A stretch of 64,000 nucleotides of DNA from Asterias rubens (Eukaryota), in contig NC_047080.1 in assembly GCF_902459465.1 (NCBI RefSeq), forward strand, positions 558,001 through 622,000, in the 5' to 3' direction. Each line of letters begins with the position of its first letter. Position 1 is the first letter of the stretch. Both the position numbers and the translations under genes were made by a program. This document shows, piece by piece, positions 1 to 13,029 of this stretch. The notes below the pieces were generated by a model. It ran no database searches, had not been told where the DNA came from, and saw nothing but the letters and a program-made list of their open reading frames with translations.

Positions 1-114
1 GGGGACATTGTTAAGTAGCCCACAGGGCAAGTTGAAAAGTGATGTTAACCAGCCCATAGTAGTTTTACACTAGACAATGTACGATATGTGATATGAGCTA
101 AGGGCTCTTCCTAC

Positions 115-3100
115 CTTGCCAGGGTTTGGGCGGAAACATTGACGCCTCGCTCTAACAATTTTTGATGCATGGTCTCCATTTCTTGCTCTTGTACACTCAG
201 TGGTATTACCTGGGAAGATCGTAAAACAAATTAAAACTTAAAAATGTCTAGGTACAGGGCAAACTCAGCGGTCTAGAGACTGCTTTCAAATGGCATAGGT
301 CGTTGGTTTGAATCCCACGTTTGATGTTTCTAGCAGTGGAGTCAGGACCTTTTAAAACCAACACCAGGTGCTACATAAATGGGTCTCAAAAAAAGGAAAA
401 AAATGTCTTAAAAAACCCTAATAAGCACTCCGAGACAAAACGGAGCTCCCACAAATTACGTAACGGATGGGTCATGACATAACAGGGCTTGTTCACAAAT
501 CCTTTTAAAAGAACCCAAGAAGGGTCTTTAAAATCTGTTCTTGTGTGAACCCAATCTCCTTATTCATCCTTAGACATTTTAAATGAATATCAGCAAAGAT
601 AACTTGTTGCTACTGTCGTTCAAGCTGGTCGTTAAGTGTTTGCGAGGACAAATCGAGAGAGTATCAACGTCACACAAATCGAGAGAGTATCAACGTCACA
701 CAAATCGAGAGAGTATCAACGTCACAGACTGATCAACTGATCAACAGATGAGATTAAATCCCTTTGTGGCTGGCGTTTCTACTTCATCACCCCCACTCCA
801 CTTAACTGCCTTATCCACATTACTCAGTTTCCATGGTAACAAGCATCTACAATGACAGCTCACCGCCTTGCTTGCCCAGGAAGTTGAGTATGTTTTGATA
901 GCTGTTTTTTTTTTTGGCAGCTTGTTTTGACAAAGATTACCTGGAGGGAAAGCATCAGGATTGCCGATATAAATTTCCCCTTAAATAATCCTCACATTGA
1001 CACAAAGACCTCTTCAAGGACTTATAATATGCAGGTAAAAACCACTTTGGGCTTTGTCTCTCGGGAATGCATTTCATAATATATCACTTTCTGGCTTCAG
1101 AGTAAAACTGGTTTGAGATGAAAAGGGATAAAAATGTGTGTCACTTTCCAGTTCTGGAGTCATCAATGAAAGGGCAAGGCCATTTTCGTTTTGCCAAGGG
1201 CACTTCAATTGGAAAAAATCTTAAAGTCTTTGGGAAACTTTTGAAGGTGTACCGAGGCCATGACCAGAGGACCACGGAGGTCATTGGAGGTCAACGGAGG
1301 TCATTGGAGGTCAACGGAGGTCATTGGAGGTCAACGGAGGTCATTGGAGGTCACTGGCCTCTGTGGCTTCCATTCAGTAAGGCTTGACTTTCAAAGAGAT
1401 CTAAGTCTTACTTCAAAAAACACCAATGAAAAAATGGGTAATCAATAAGAGAAATGTAGCATTTTCAAAACCGAAGAATGTTGGTTGGTAAAAATCACAA
1501 TTTGCATGCACATTTCTATTTCAAAATGCTGAAAAACATAAAAATAGCAACAGTAAGAGTAATACGCAGTTGTTGTATAGTCCTTTATCACACTCGACGG
1601 ACATCTCAAAGCGCTGAAATGTTTTTTCTCGACAGAGTATGCAATTGCTACATTTGAATTATCGGACCAATTTATTTTATGTATACTTGAGGTGATACAG
1701 CACAATCTGCAGTAAGCCATAGATTTGTGGACAAGTCATTAAATGTTTGTCACAGTGCATGCTCACATGTAATTATACTGCTCCCACTTCTCACTACTGG
1801 CTGGTAAATGGGACTGTAGTTGCGAGAGCATAATTGCTATCACCGCGCCAAACATTTAACGACTTGTCCATAAGTCTACAGCCATCCTTGCCAGCAACAT
1901 TATGGTACATCGTTTTCCGTTAATGATAAGTGCATCACACAAAAGACTTGTGCCTTTTACTCTGAATGAGTTTAAAGAAACTAAAAATAATAAAACAAAA
2001 ATACAATTACCATTGGTTCCTCTTCTTCAGAGGACTCCGAGACCGGTTTCTTGGGATACCAGAAGACTGGCTTAGGCTCCTCAACGGCAACAACTAATTC
2101 AAGAAGAAAACAAATTAAAAGGTGGATATACAAGGTATTTACTTAACATGTATACTATTATTATAAGTTAATTAAAAATACTGCAATACAGCAGCTAAAT
2201 GCCAAAATGTAGTTTACAAAATAACCAGTAATTTTAATTATTTCAAAACTAGTTGACAACTATAGCAGTTTATAACATAACAAATACACACACAAACTAA
2301 TTGAATTTACATTACGTCTATAGTATTATTATTAATTCAAAGTCCCGTTGAAAACAGTCACCAGTGTCGTTCCAAGGCTTTATATCAAAATTACTTTCTC
2401 CCTAGAAAAATTGTAAACAAATAACAATGACTGGAGGAATAAAGCTGCCACACACAGATTTGAAATTAAAAGTCAACACTGCTCGCCAAATGTTTCAGAT
2501 TGTACCTTGCTTTGTGAATTTCTTCTCCTTTTTCAACGACCCATCTCTTAGAGCTTTTACTGCCTCTCTATTCCTCTTGTAGTCAACAAACCTACAGACA
2601 GACGATTTCAAACTCATATTAAACAAACAACACAATGCAATCTTAGATTGGACTCTAGCGGTGCCACAACATGCCACATGTTATTCATGGTGTGGTTAAA
2701 TTTTCTTGCCAAAAATGCTTGTCCCAATGTTTTAGGGTTGAACCATGGAGGTGGTTCACCAAAGAAAACTTTTTAATAGTGCTAGTTTTTTTTATTGCAA
2801 TTCATCATTGTTTGTTTTCCACCAGTCCTGTTAATGTGTGTTTTTTTATATCTTTTTTTAATTCCACCTGAATTTGTTTTTATAGTTTTACTATTTAATT
2901 ATTGTAAATCATGTGCATTTTGGCCTGTGGGCCACGAAATGTGATTCCAATAAAATGAAATGAATTGACTAGAGCAGGATTTGAACTGGATCAGTATCCC
3001 TCGTGGTGTATATTTGTACTTGATATATTTGAAGAAACAACAATGCATATCTGTCTGCTGCCGCTACCCAGGTTGGTGTGATACTTGGCTATACAGCAGT

Positions 3101-6100
3101 TACAGGTTAAATGGCTTCTAATTGGCACCCTCGAACAAAGGTAAATTGACAAATGAGAAGACTGCCAACATAGGGCTAGATGGCTCAGTTGGTAGAGCGC
3201 CAGGCTTGCACAGGTCATAGGATCAAGTCAATTTGTCTTTGCTCAATCCAACATTATTTGATATTTACCAAGTAAGTTTCCTTTGTGGTTTATTACTTGA
3301 TGTTATTTTATTGTGTTACAATGAATTACAGAAACAAAGATGAAATTATATAAATATGAAAAATTGTGTAAAATGGTTAACAATGTCCTTGTGATCTGCA
3401 GATGAAGCTCCGAAGGGATGTGTTTTATATTTCAAGAGTTTATAGACACAACTTCAAGAAATCTATAGGCGGATTTTATTAGAACTAGGGCGAGTTCTTC
3501 CATTTCAGAGATAGTAATTTTTATTACTGGGCCATTTTAATTTTAATTTGATCTGGAGACATCCAAGCGCTTTGCATTCTCTGGAAAAGGCGCTCCGTAA
3601 ATGCCAGCTTATTATTATTATCTGTAATGGTCAGTTCACCTCTTTCAACAAAAAATTGAAGACCAAGGGAGGTCAAGGAACAAAAACCCCGAATTAAATC
3701 AGGGCAAATCCAATCCTGCAGAAACTGCATTTATTTTTACAAGAATTTTTCTATGATTAATGCACAACTTATAAGTGCTTTTTAAGCGTTAAGAGGCACT
3801 TAAGTGTAAGTTGTAAGTATAGAGATAAACCCCTTCTCTTTAATGATAAGTGTATATGTCTTACACAACACATTGCTTAATGTCCCATCTGAAGGACAAA
3901 ACAATTAAGGAGTGAAGTGTTAAGCTCAAGGACAGCAATATCAAAATGTAAACAAAAAACCGAAAGTAATAAATTGCTGAGCACTTACCGCTTCTTTGGA
4001 GTTGTTGTGACAATTGCACTTGACTTTCCGTCAGTCCCCACCTGGTTCACAACAGAAAGACAAAAAGCATGCGGATAGATAAATAGATTTAGGCAGAAAA
4101 TATCAAAGATATTATGTAAAAATGAAATTGATTGATTAAAACAAAAGAAGATGATTGTTACCAAAGTCTATTTCAGTTTTGTGATGTACTTATTTGCCAT
4201 TAGATAGAGTCCTTTATTATGTAAGTATGAACATTGCAAGTCTATAATGTTATCTTAAATGGTGTTAAGTGTTTTTTTGTTTAATAAACCACAAGGGAAA
4301 CTGACTGGGTACATTTTTAAATGATTTTGGATTGAACAAAGAAAAATTGACTAGAGCGGGATTTTATATCAGATATCAAATAATAAACCACAAGGGAAAC
4401 TGACTGGGTACATTTTTTAAATGATTTTGGATTGAACAAAGAAAAATTGACTAGAGCGGGATTTGAACCAACGACCTTTGGTTTAACGTGCCGGCGCTCT
4501 ACCAACTGAGCTATCTAGCCCTATGTTGGTGGTCTCCCAATTTTGTCAATATCTTTGTTCGGGGGGGTGCCTGTCAGAAGCCATTCAACCGCAAACTGTG
4601 TAGCCAGGGATCACACCCGGGTAACGATACAACCTGTTTTTTTATTTGATACTCTTTCACTGTAATGGGAGACTTTCTGGGACGATAGAGGGCAGCAGAC
4701 TTACCGGGTAAATCCATTGTTCTCAGAATTATGCGCATGTTCAGAACTACGTAAACAATGGAAATTTACCCGGTATGTCTGCTGCCACCTAGCGTTGGAA
4801 AGTCTCCTATTGCTTTGTCCTTCAGATGAGATGTTAAGTCATGTGTTGTGTCATGTAAAAGAACCAAGGACACGTCATAACAGAGAAAAAGGGACTTGTC
4901 TGGATGTTTCTGACAGTGGAAACAACTAACATCCAAGTGCCTTTTATCGCTCAAAAAGGCACTTATCAATTACACATCATTCACAGAAAAAAACATTATG
5001 TATGTGTACAAATAAATGCAAGTTCTGGAGACCTTTGATTAATTATCCTGATTTGTCCGGAATTCAAGTTGTTTTCATGTTCGGTCTAGTTGGTAAGACA
5101 CTGCGCTAGAATTTCAAAGGTTGGGGGTTCGAATCCCCCGGAGTTATATATGCCCGTTATTTTTTCACAGAAAGAGTATATCGTGCTAACACACAACGGT
5201 GTGGGTAAAACCAAAAGAAATATTCAACAATCCGTACTTACATTTGTTGGTGGTTTTGCTGAGTGTGGTCGTCGGCTGGTCTTGCCTGGACTTTTCCTTC
5301 CAGACAATGTTTCTGCGTCACGTCTTTTAATCGGGGCCGAGGCCGGTCTGGTAGACACCTATACAGACAAAAGCGGGATTTGAAAATTTCAATTATGAGA
5401 AAATAGCAAAACATTCAAGGGAAACATTGCCAGAGCCTAGCTGGTGCTGAAGCCCAATCTGCATAAGGCCCCTGATGTAATACAAAACTTATAAAAAGAT
5501 GAGGAGTTCAGTAAAGGTACTTCTCTTACCCTCCTAGCTGTAGCAATTGCTTCGGGTTTAGCTTTCCCCTCTGCTCCCTCCCCAGGGGTTGTGCTGACAT
5601 CTGTATCACCGTGTCTGTAACCCATTCTGGACTCAGGCCTCCCTGGAGAAGCTATCTTAACCTGAAGTTATAAAACAAAGAAGTTTTCCTCTTGGAATAT
5701 TTGCAGAAAAGAAGAAACAATTTTCATTAATCCACGCTGAAATGCAAGTTGCTGTGACTGGTTCACAGCTTACTCGTGCTTAAAAAACTTAAAAGCAAAT
5801 AAAACTGCTAAGCAATTTTATCTGCTGATCACCTTTAGTTAAATAAGGCCCTGATCAGTCCAGATCTTTGTGCAAATAAAATTTGATGGAACATGAATCT
5901 CTGAAACTTACTGAGTTTGTTGCCTTCATTGGTCTTCGAACAGCACTGTGTGTCTTTTGAGAGCTGTCCTCGTCACTTCCAGATTTCAGTTTCTTCCCTT
6001 CCGTCTCTTTCCCACTTTTTTCTTGACGATGCAGAGCAGACCGAAACGGCTCAGATGCTTGCTTGATCACTGACACCGATTTCTGCTCCATCAGTCCGCT

Positions 6101-9100
6101 CTCACCCAGCCGGATTGTCTTGGTCGTCAACACCGCGCCTTGTTGGGGATTACCGCTGGATGCTTCCCTCGACAACTCGTAGTAGTTCTTGCTCAGGGAG
6201 GACTGAGACACCTGTCTCACCGGTCTGACATCGTCGTTTGACTCCTCATCAGTTAACTCCATCCGAGACATCATTGTTTCAACTTCAGCTCTCCTCATAT
6301 GCAATCGGGCTGGCGCTCCATCCTCTCTATGGGAATGATCCACAGTGTCGCCATACTCCACTCCAACTCTTGCAACCCTGGGTCTTGATGACTTTGGTCT
6401 GGCAGTAGCTGGTCTTGAAGATGTTCGGGATGCGATGCTTTTGTCATTCAGATCAGAGTCATTCTGGTTTCTATTTGTCACAGCACTTTGTGGTCGTCGC
6501 TTTTCAAGAGGCGGGCGGGGAATGTAAGGTTTCAAAATGTCGCGGGGTGTTATGTCGATGGTCACATTACGCTCCTCGGCTATGTGAACAGAATGTTTGC
6601 CTCTGGATTTCTCAAAGGGGTCCCTCTTTTGACCATCATCCAACTCGTTCTTTGTTTCAGTCGAGTGCGTTGGAACAATCCTGATTTGACTGTCGGTATT
6701 TAGGGGTGTAGGTTGGTCCCTATAAGGGGGTAAAATGGGACTACCTGGGGCATCGTCAAGTTGAGTTAACACTTCACTTGTGACACTTTGAAGCTCAAGA
6801 TCAGGTTGTGTTCTGTTGGGAGACGACTTATTGTCAGACCTAAACAAACAAAATCAAACCGACAGATTTTACTTAATAAGTTTTCTCTTAAACTTGAAAA
6901 TATCAGTGGAAATTTGTACCAGTCAAAAATTTGTCAAAAAATTGGGTGGGAAAAAGTGACAAATTGTGTGCTGATAGTCCCTTTTAAGCTTTCCTGTGCT
7001 TAGCAGAAATGGGTTGCTAGCTTTAAGAAATAACGATTTGAAGAGGAGTTTGGGGTTTTAACCTGTCTAGATCGCTCCAGTTCTCCTGTTCATCAGCATC
7101 ATCCTCTTCTTCCTCACTATCTTCACCCATGCCAGGTATTGTCATAGACAACCTTACAGGTTCAGGGGTGGGGCGTCTCAGAAGCTGCGGAACTCCTGGC
7201 TATAAATTAAAAATTAAATACGTTTATGACAGAATTACAGGATTAGTATATTAGAATTGACCAAAAATAAAAAAAATAAATACAAAAAAAAATGCTCTAA
7301 ATCAATACGCATACTTTTCCGGTTATCACTGAAATGTAACTTAGCAAATTACAGGCCTGAGTGCATCTCGTTCAAAAGGACAAGAGCACCAAGGCAGTTT
7401 CTCCTTGGTAAAGGGCAAACTATGAGGAAATTGTAAACTTCTACTGGAGAATTCCAAGGGCACCTGCAAGAGGCAATTAATTACCAGGGGCATGGAGGCA
7501 ATTGCCTAGTTACCTCCGTGAAGTATTAGGCCTACAATTGACTCACTGTTCAAAATTTCAACAAAGCAAACCTGATTAACGAAGATTTCTCTATAGGGGG
7601 ACTCCTGCCTTGCGTTGTCTCCACCCTCTGATGCCATGCCCTCTCCTTCAAGGTATGCCTCCTCATCATCTGGATTAGGTGAGCCCCGTGGCACAGGGGG
7701 AGGAGCAATCAGTGATGGATGGTCCCCAAATGCAGCAGAGAGTCTGGCTGTACAGAGGTCAAAACAAAAACAAGTTGGTTTTTCGTTTTACATACTTCTC
7801 TTAAACTGAATGGTACGGCCATCATTTATGGATGTTTCCCTCCATCCTACAATCTGGACTGTTTTAGAGGATCATTTCCTGCCTCCAGCTCTACTGAGTT
7901 ATTTTCATGTTTAATCATTTTCTTCTTGTAGCCCCTTTACCTAGAGCGGTTTTGTTTGGGGCAAACTTGCAAAATAATAATAAAATAAAACCTTTACCAA
8001 GATCAAGTTTTCCTGGACTAGGTTGATTTCTGATGAATTCTTCCAGAGTGCTCTCCACGTCCATCTTGCTGAGATCCTCCACACCAAGCATCAGCTCAGC
8101 CAGGGCTGTCCCTGTCGTTTGTCTCGATCCTCTGCCACTCGGCGGTCTACTCTTAGGGTCATACTTAGCTCCTTTTACTGTAAACCCCAAAATAAAACAT
8201 TATACAAGTCATAATATAATAACTAGTTCTCTTATATAGCGCAGTTGACAATAACCATACCAATGCGCTTTACATTAGTGCCCTGGTCATTGGGTCAATA
8301 CCATTCCTTTAGTCTTTCTCATCTCCCTGGGGAGTATACAACCAAGCTGTTGTGGCGCTCAGAAGGCTTTTTAGTTGCACAAGTCCCCCAGGCTCAAGGC
8401 AGAGTCACACTGCAGTGATAAAGATCATGACGCAAAGAGAACGCATTCTTTTGGTTGAAATGCTCCACGCAGAATACGCACACGCTCATTCAACCAATAA
8501 TGCGTTCTCTTTGAGTTGTGATCGTTATCATTTTTTTTATAGCTGGAGTGTGACTGGGCCTTAAGCCTTGAAGCTCACATATGTTCTTACCGTTTATAAA
8601 TGCATTCAGCCTGCGCTGTGATGAGTCACCGGTATCTTTACCACTCTCAGTAGCAGATGGCCTCCTCTGATTTCGCTGATGGGTTGGACTGGGTGGTACC
8701 TTATGCCCACTCAAGGGGCGACGGGGGCCCTGGTTGCTAGTCTGACGAGTGCTTTGACGTTCCCCTTGTTGCTTTATGAGTTCAGGGATGGAGGCATTGC
8801 TACCCCTGGTGATACAAATGCAGGATATAATTGGAATTGATGAAAATGACTTCATTCTTTAACATACCCGACATCAAATGTTAGTTGCGTGTACAAAAAG
8901 AAAATTTCCACAAAGCATGGGGAAATAAAGACCCTGTTGACAATGCATTTTTATAAATGTGTCATTACTGAGTAAAAATAGGCCAAAAAACTAAAATAGG
9001 GCAAAAAACTAAAATAGGGCAAAAAACTAAAATCTGCAGAACAGGTTTTGATTTAAAATGTACATTAGTAATTATGCGCTCCACTATCTGTTATGCCTGT

Positions 9101-9741
9101 AGATTCAAGACATGGACACTCACTGCAGTTGGTGCACTGTGCAACTTTTAAAGTTGAGCGGACAAGTCCTAAACTCACAGCCCACAAGTTTTGTCAAGTA
9201 ATTTTTATTACCAAGCTGTTGCTGTGGCAAGATGTGACTTGGTAGCTAGAGGTGGTGCTGTATCCAACTCAGTGTACACTTTACGGCTGGAACTTCCGGA
9301 AGATGGGCGCAGAATTTTTGATGAGGTTGGCGTCATGTCGTACACATTCGCTTGGAGCCTTTCCAGCCTTGACAGAGAAACACTTCTCGGGCCCAACCAG
9401 TCCTTGGAAAATGGTTTTATTAAAGATGCACAACAATCAATTAAATTAAATAATTAGAAATGCAAACAAATGTTGAGAAAAGACTGAGGAGTGAAACCTT
9501 TATAAAGAAGGCTTAATATTATCCGTTATATAGCCAAAATTTTATTTTCCCAATTACAACAATAACAAATGAACTGTATTCTGATTAAATAGTCATACTA
9601 CATTATACAATAACAATGTTTAGGCACCCAATGTTTATACAAAATTACAAACAAGGTTTAATTTAATTTAATTATTTAAAAACTTACCCGCGTAGCAAAC
9701 TGCTGAATTCGATCATACTTTTGAGCTAGGGCATCTTCCAT
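115..9741 (-). CDS. Uncharacterised low-complexity (S/P/R/E-rich) protein, at least 815 aa, 13 coding exons in the window, 3' end beyond the left edge
   Basis: GT-AG exons with consistent phases: 9741-9688, 9402-9212, 8805-8591, 8177-7998, 7747-7572, 7199-7063, 6839-5912, 5661-5530, 5358-5242, 4041-3989, 2591-2506, 2093-2011, 209-115. Starts MEDALAQKYDRIQQFATRDWLGPRS and ends in the window with VIPLSVQEQEMETMHQKLLERGVNVSAQTLAR. An in-frame stop lies just 5' of the ATG. Family not recognised. Confidence 0.8.
648..725. repeat. Tandem repeat, 26 bp x3
   Basis: Unit ACAAATCGAGAGAGTATCAACGTCAC repeated three times. Confidence 0.9.
827..840. promoter_or_regulatory. Near-consensus RFX X-box (GTTTCCATGGTAAC), intronic
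   Basis: Matches the RFX palindrome GTTNCCATGGNAAC at all fixed positions. Function not demonstrated. Confidence 0.45.
1272..1354. repeat. 10-bp-period minisatellite (GGAGGTCATT/GGAGGTCAAC)
   Basis: Eight AGGTCA hexamers start at 1278, 1288 ... 1348. Confidence 0.9.
1720..1878. mobile_element. MITE with TAGACTTGTGGACAAGTCGTTAAAT-type terminal inverted repeats
   Basis: TIRs tagatttgtggacaagtcattaaat / atttaacgacttgtccataagtcta. The same TIR occurs at 46783-46973. Confidence 0.7.
4285..4628 (-). mobile_element. tRNA-derived dispersed repeat (SINE-like) with a 72-nt tRNA-like module at 4449-4520; 3' part tandemly duplicated
   Basis: Box A (TAGCTCAGTTGG), box B-like (GGTTCAAATCC), and intact acceptor and D stems, but broken anticodon and T stems. 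Related copies at about 3063-3300 (+), 30183-30270 (+) and 63596-63740 (+). Confidence 0.75.
5078..5220 (+). mobile_element. tRNA-derived SINE fragment (second family)
   Basis: ggtctagttggtaagac...ggttcgaatcccccg box A/B, followed by gtgctaacacacaacggtg. Related pieces near 45690-45795 and 47995-48055. Boundaries approximate. Confidence 0.55.
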
Positions 9742-10521
9742 TGTGGCCCACTTTTACAGGTTACAACAGACACTTCAAAAACATACCTAGTTAATCATTT
9801 GCACATTTGTAAAATAAAATAAAAACATTTGGAATTGACGTTTTCATACATGTCAGACGAACTCAAAAAGTGTAACTGAGCTGCAGTGTTTGTGCCAGAG
9901 GTATTTATAAAGTGTAAGAACTTATGGCAAAGCCCTCCAAGTTACTGCAAATTAAGTTTCCTGCAGTTGAACTTAACCCCAGTTTTAGCTAATAATGTAT
10001 TTAGAGCGGTCGAATTATGACGAGAAATAAATATTATTGCAAAAACTATTTCCTGCAAATAAAACTAGTAATGTTGTTAGTCTAAAAGGCAAAAATAGTT
10101 CTTATAAAAAGCTGACCTAAACAAATTTACACAAACTTGAAGGGCTCGCGTCTGTAGAAACCTATTCCACAACCAACCTCGTCCTCAAGCTCTTATAGCC
10201 ATAGTTTTACAACTTCGTGTGCCATTTCCTCGCTGTACACGGTGAGAGGGAACGATACAGCGTGCTGCCCAGAAGAACGATGTTGACCCAGGTGCTTGAC
10301 AGACAAATCTTTTTAGCGCACAACTAGGCTATACAACTTCAAAGACGTATCATTGTCCCTTTAGAGAGCCAATGAAGTTTCTTTGTGACGCCCAATTGGT
10401 TGGGGAAGTTTACAGCATGTAAACAGTGTGTTATAACATTGCGGGAAATTTGTATGTGATCTTAAAAAAAAACTAACCATACGAAATCAACAAAAGCAAA
10501 GTTTTTAAAGATTTTCTAGTG

Positions 10522-13029
10522 ATGTCCTCACCAACACAGGTAAATACAACTGATACTCCCACGACTAAACGACGTTTTCTTGGAGCTGCAAGAAGAAAAA
10601 GACCAACTTCCTCAGTGCCATTTTCACCTCAACAGGGAACAGAGCAAAAGTTTCTCACGAGCGACATTGACAACCTAGACTCGCGTCAGTCGACAGAGGA
10701 CAAGCAGCAAACCCAAACCACCGATTCTTGCCTATCAATAAACGACTCAACTGTTCAACATGGTGCTCAGAAAAGAACTTTGGAAGGTGATTCATTCAAT
10801 GAGACTGTAGAGAAATCCTCAGTTTTGATTACTCCAGTTCGCAGAGGGGCGAATGGTAGGAAAGGACTCGTTTCACAAAATGACAACTCTACTCCTAGTC
10901 TTAGGCTGAAATGTCTTGGGGAGACAGCCACATCTTCTCTGTCCTCATCTTGTCTGGATGACCAAGCAACACCCGTTCAACGGTAATAACTATACGCCTC
11001 TCTTAATACTTATGCATGACGTCATAATTCTAATACCCAAAATGAGGCTTCGGGCGCACGTTACCCGTCACTTGCAGTGGCTGTGCCCATCGTCTCGTTT
11101 TGAGTTAGCATTGTGACGTACCGTATTAAGAGAGGCGTATATTGCAACTATTAACTAAAACTCATGAATGAAAGTCCTGTACGGTAATAGTGTATATTTT
11201 GGCTTGTGATTTAATTAACGTCAGTTGTAACCCTCCTGTTGTTGACTCACCATATCACTGATCAGTGACCATGCTCACTGCCGACGGGTTACGTTATCGC
11301 AAATAAACTGGCTTTGCGTTGCCAGTGGCAATGCCATATGGACAAATTTCCAAATCAAAACATCATCAATGTTTTAAACTTAACTTTTAAAATTAGTTTT
11401 TAAAAGGGGGCGTGTCATTTTTTTAAATGTAATTATCTTTTTCCTAGGCTTCCAGTTAGAAACTCACTCAGTGGCTCTGCAAGGAAAAGATTCCGTCATG
11501 ACTTCAAATCACCGGTAAGTTTTACTGTAGTGTGTCAAGAATGTAGAACCAGTCTGACTGAGACTGCCCAAGGGGTGCCTTGCTGATCCACCCCTTGGCC
11601 CCCCCCCCCACCCTTCCCAGCAAGCAATCAACTCTCTATACATCTGCACCCACACCTAACATTAAACATTTTGCAGTAGAAAGACAGCTTTTTAACTTAA
11701 AAGGGGAGATTATTGATGTCTAAGGCAGATGGGCCTTTGAAATATTTGCAACTCCACATTCAAAGTATTTCTTGTCAAAACCATTTCTTTTTCAATTGCA
11801 GATGAGAAGCAACCAGGGCTCTTCACCGAAACCAGCGGAACAACCCGACAGGGCTAAAAGTATCGAAAGCTTGCAGCAAACCTTGGAAGAGATAAAGACA
11901 GAAATTGCATCCTTACGAAACGAGTAAGATGAGTTCAAGTATGACTAGTGTCACTGTGAGCCACACAAGACAGTTCTCTAAAGAACAAACTCTACCTGGC
12001 AAGTGGACACACACAATATATAATGATATCTCACCGTGCAAAAAAATCCCATTACACTGGACTAGTTTCTCTTTGATGATTTATGCAAAAAGAATATTAT
12101 TGGTTTTGTCTTGACATTGGTTTGCAACGTTTAGCCAACAATTTTTTTGTCCACCAAGGGGTTTTTGCGAGGATGAGCTCCGGACACACATCACTAAGAT
12201 GCATGAATACAATGAGCTTAAAGACACTGGTCAGATGATACTTGGAAAGATAGGTGAGTAGAGTGAAAAATATGTGTAGACGTACCTTGGTATAATGTAT
12301 GCATGATGTCATAACCCATGACACCCACAGCAATTGCCATGGTGCTATGTGCTCTCGCTATGATGCAAGGTTCCTGTAGAAATTGCTGGGAAGTTCAAGG
12401 CCATGTAGAAGTCAAAAGGAGACTGCACATTGTCCCCTCTCTGGGCGCAGTGCCTACATAGCTGTGTGTTTTCATTGTTTCATCAGCGTTTTAACTCTAA
12501 GATGGCGTCAGGCTGACATCAATGCACAGTGGCCATTCTCTTCTCTTTAAGTAACATCTTCCAGCATCGAAACATCAACTTACCAAAAGATTGATTGAAA
12601 AACACTTTTCTTGAAGTATTTACCCCAGGCCTGATGCTTCATTTTTGAAAGGGCAAAGGCACTAAGGCGGTTTCTCCCCTATAAAGGGTAGCTCTTTGAG
12701 GATATTTCTAAAATTTGTATTAGAACATTTCAAGGGATACCCAGGCCATGATCATCAGGGGCAATAGAGGAGTTTGCCTCCATTGCGTCCATGAAGTATT
12801 GGGCCCAGGACTGTATGCCTAGTGTAAGGGCACCAAAGGCATTTTCTCCTTAGTGAAGGGCACCCTATGAGGAAATTGTAGATTTCTACACGAGCATTCA
12901 AGGGCACCAAGGCAATGTCTCACTCTTTCCAAGTTTCAAACCTCAGTTTGTCTCGTACTTGCAGCCATGATAGATGGAGTAACTACCAAAGATCTTTATG
13001 AGAGGTTTGGTCTGGAGCTAAACGACTGA
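10522..13029 (+). CDS. SWI5: DNA repair protein SWI5 homolog, 269 aa, 5 exons
   Basis: Exons 10522-10982, 11448-11514, 11802-11923, 12159-12253, 12965-13029 are phase-consistent. The C-terminus GFCEDELRTHITKMHEYNELKDTGQMILGKIAMIDGVTTKDLYERFGLELND matches the Swi5 domain (HEYNxIKDxGQ...GVT.K.LY..FGL), preceded by an FKSP motif and a coiled coil. The start codon is less certain. Confidence 0.9.
10991..11141. mobile_element. About 150-bp MITE with TATACGCCTCTCTTAATA TIRs
   Basis: Terminal inverted repeats are visible, and a second near-identical copy lies at 48544-48691. Confidence 0.75.

Noticed and set aside
1567-1720. Possible terminal exon for the left minus-strand gene
   Set aside because: It gives a stop after nine codons, whereas exon 209-115 continues the frame with a much more protein-like sequence.
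4449-4520. Possible tRNA-Asn(GTT) gene on the minus strand
   Set aside because: The anticodon stem (CCGGC/ACCAA) and T stem are mispaired, and the unit is embedded in a multi-copy repeat, so it is treated as a SINE-like module.
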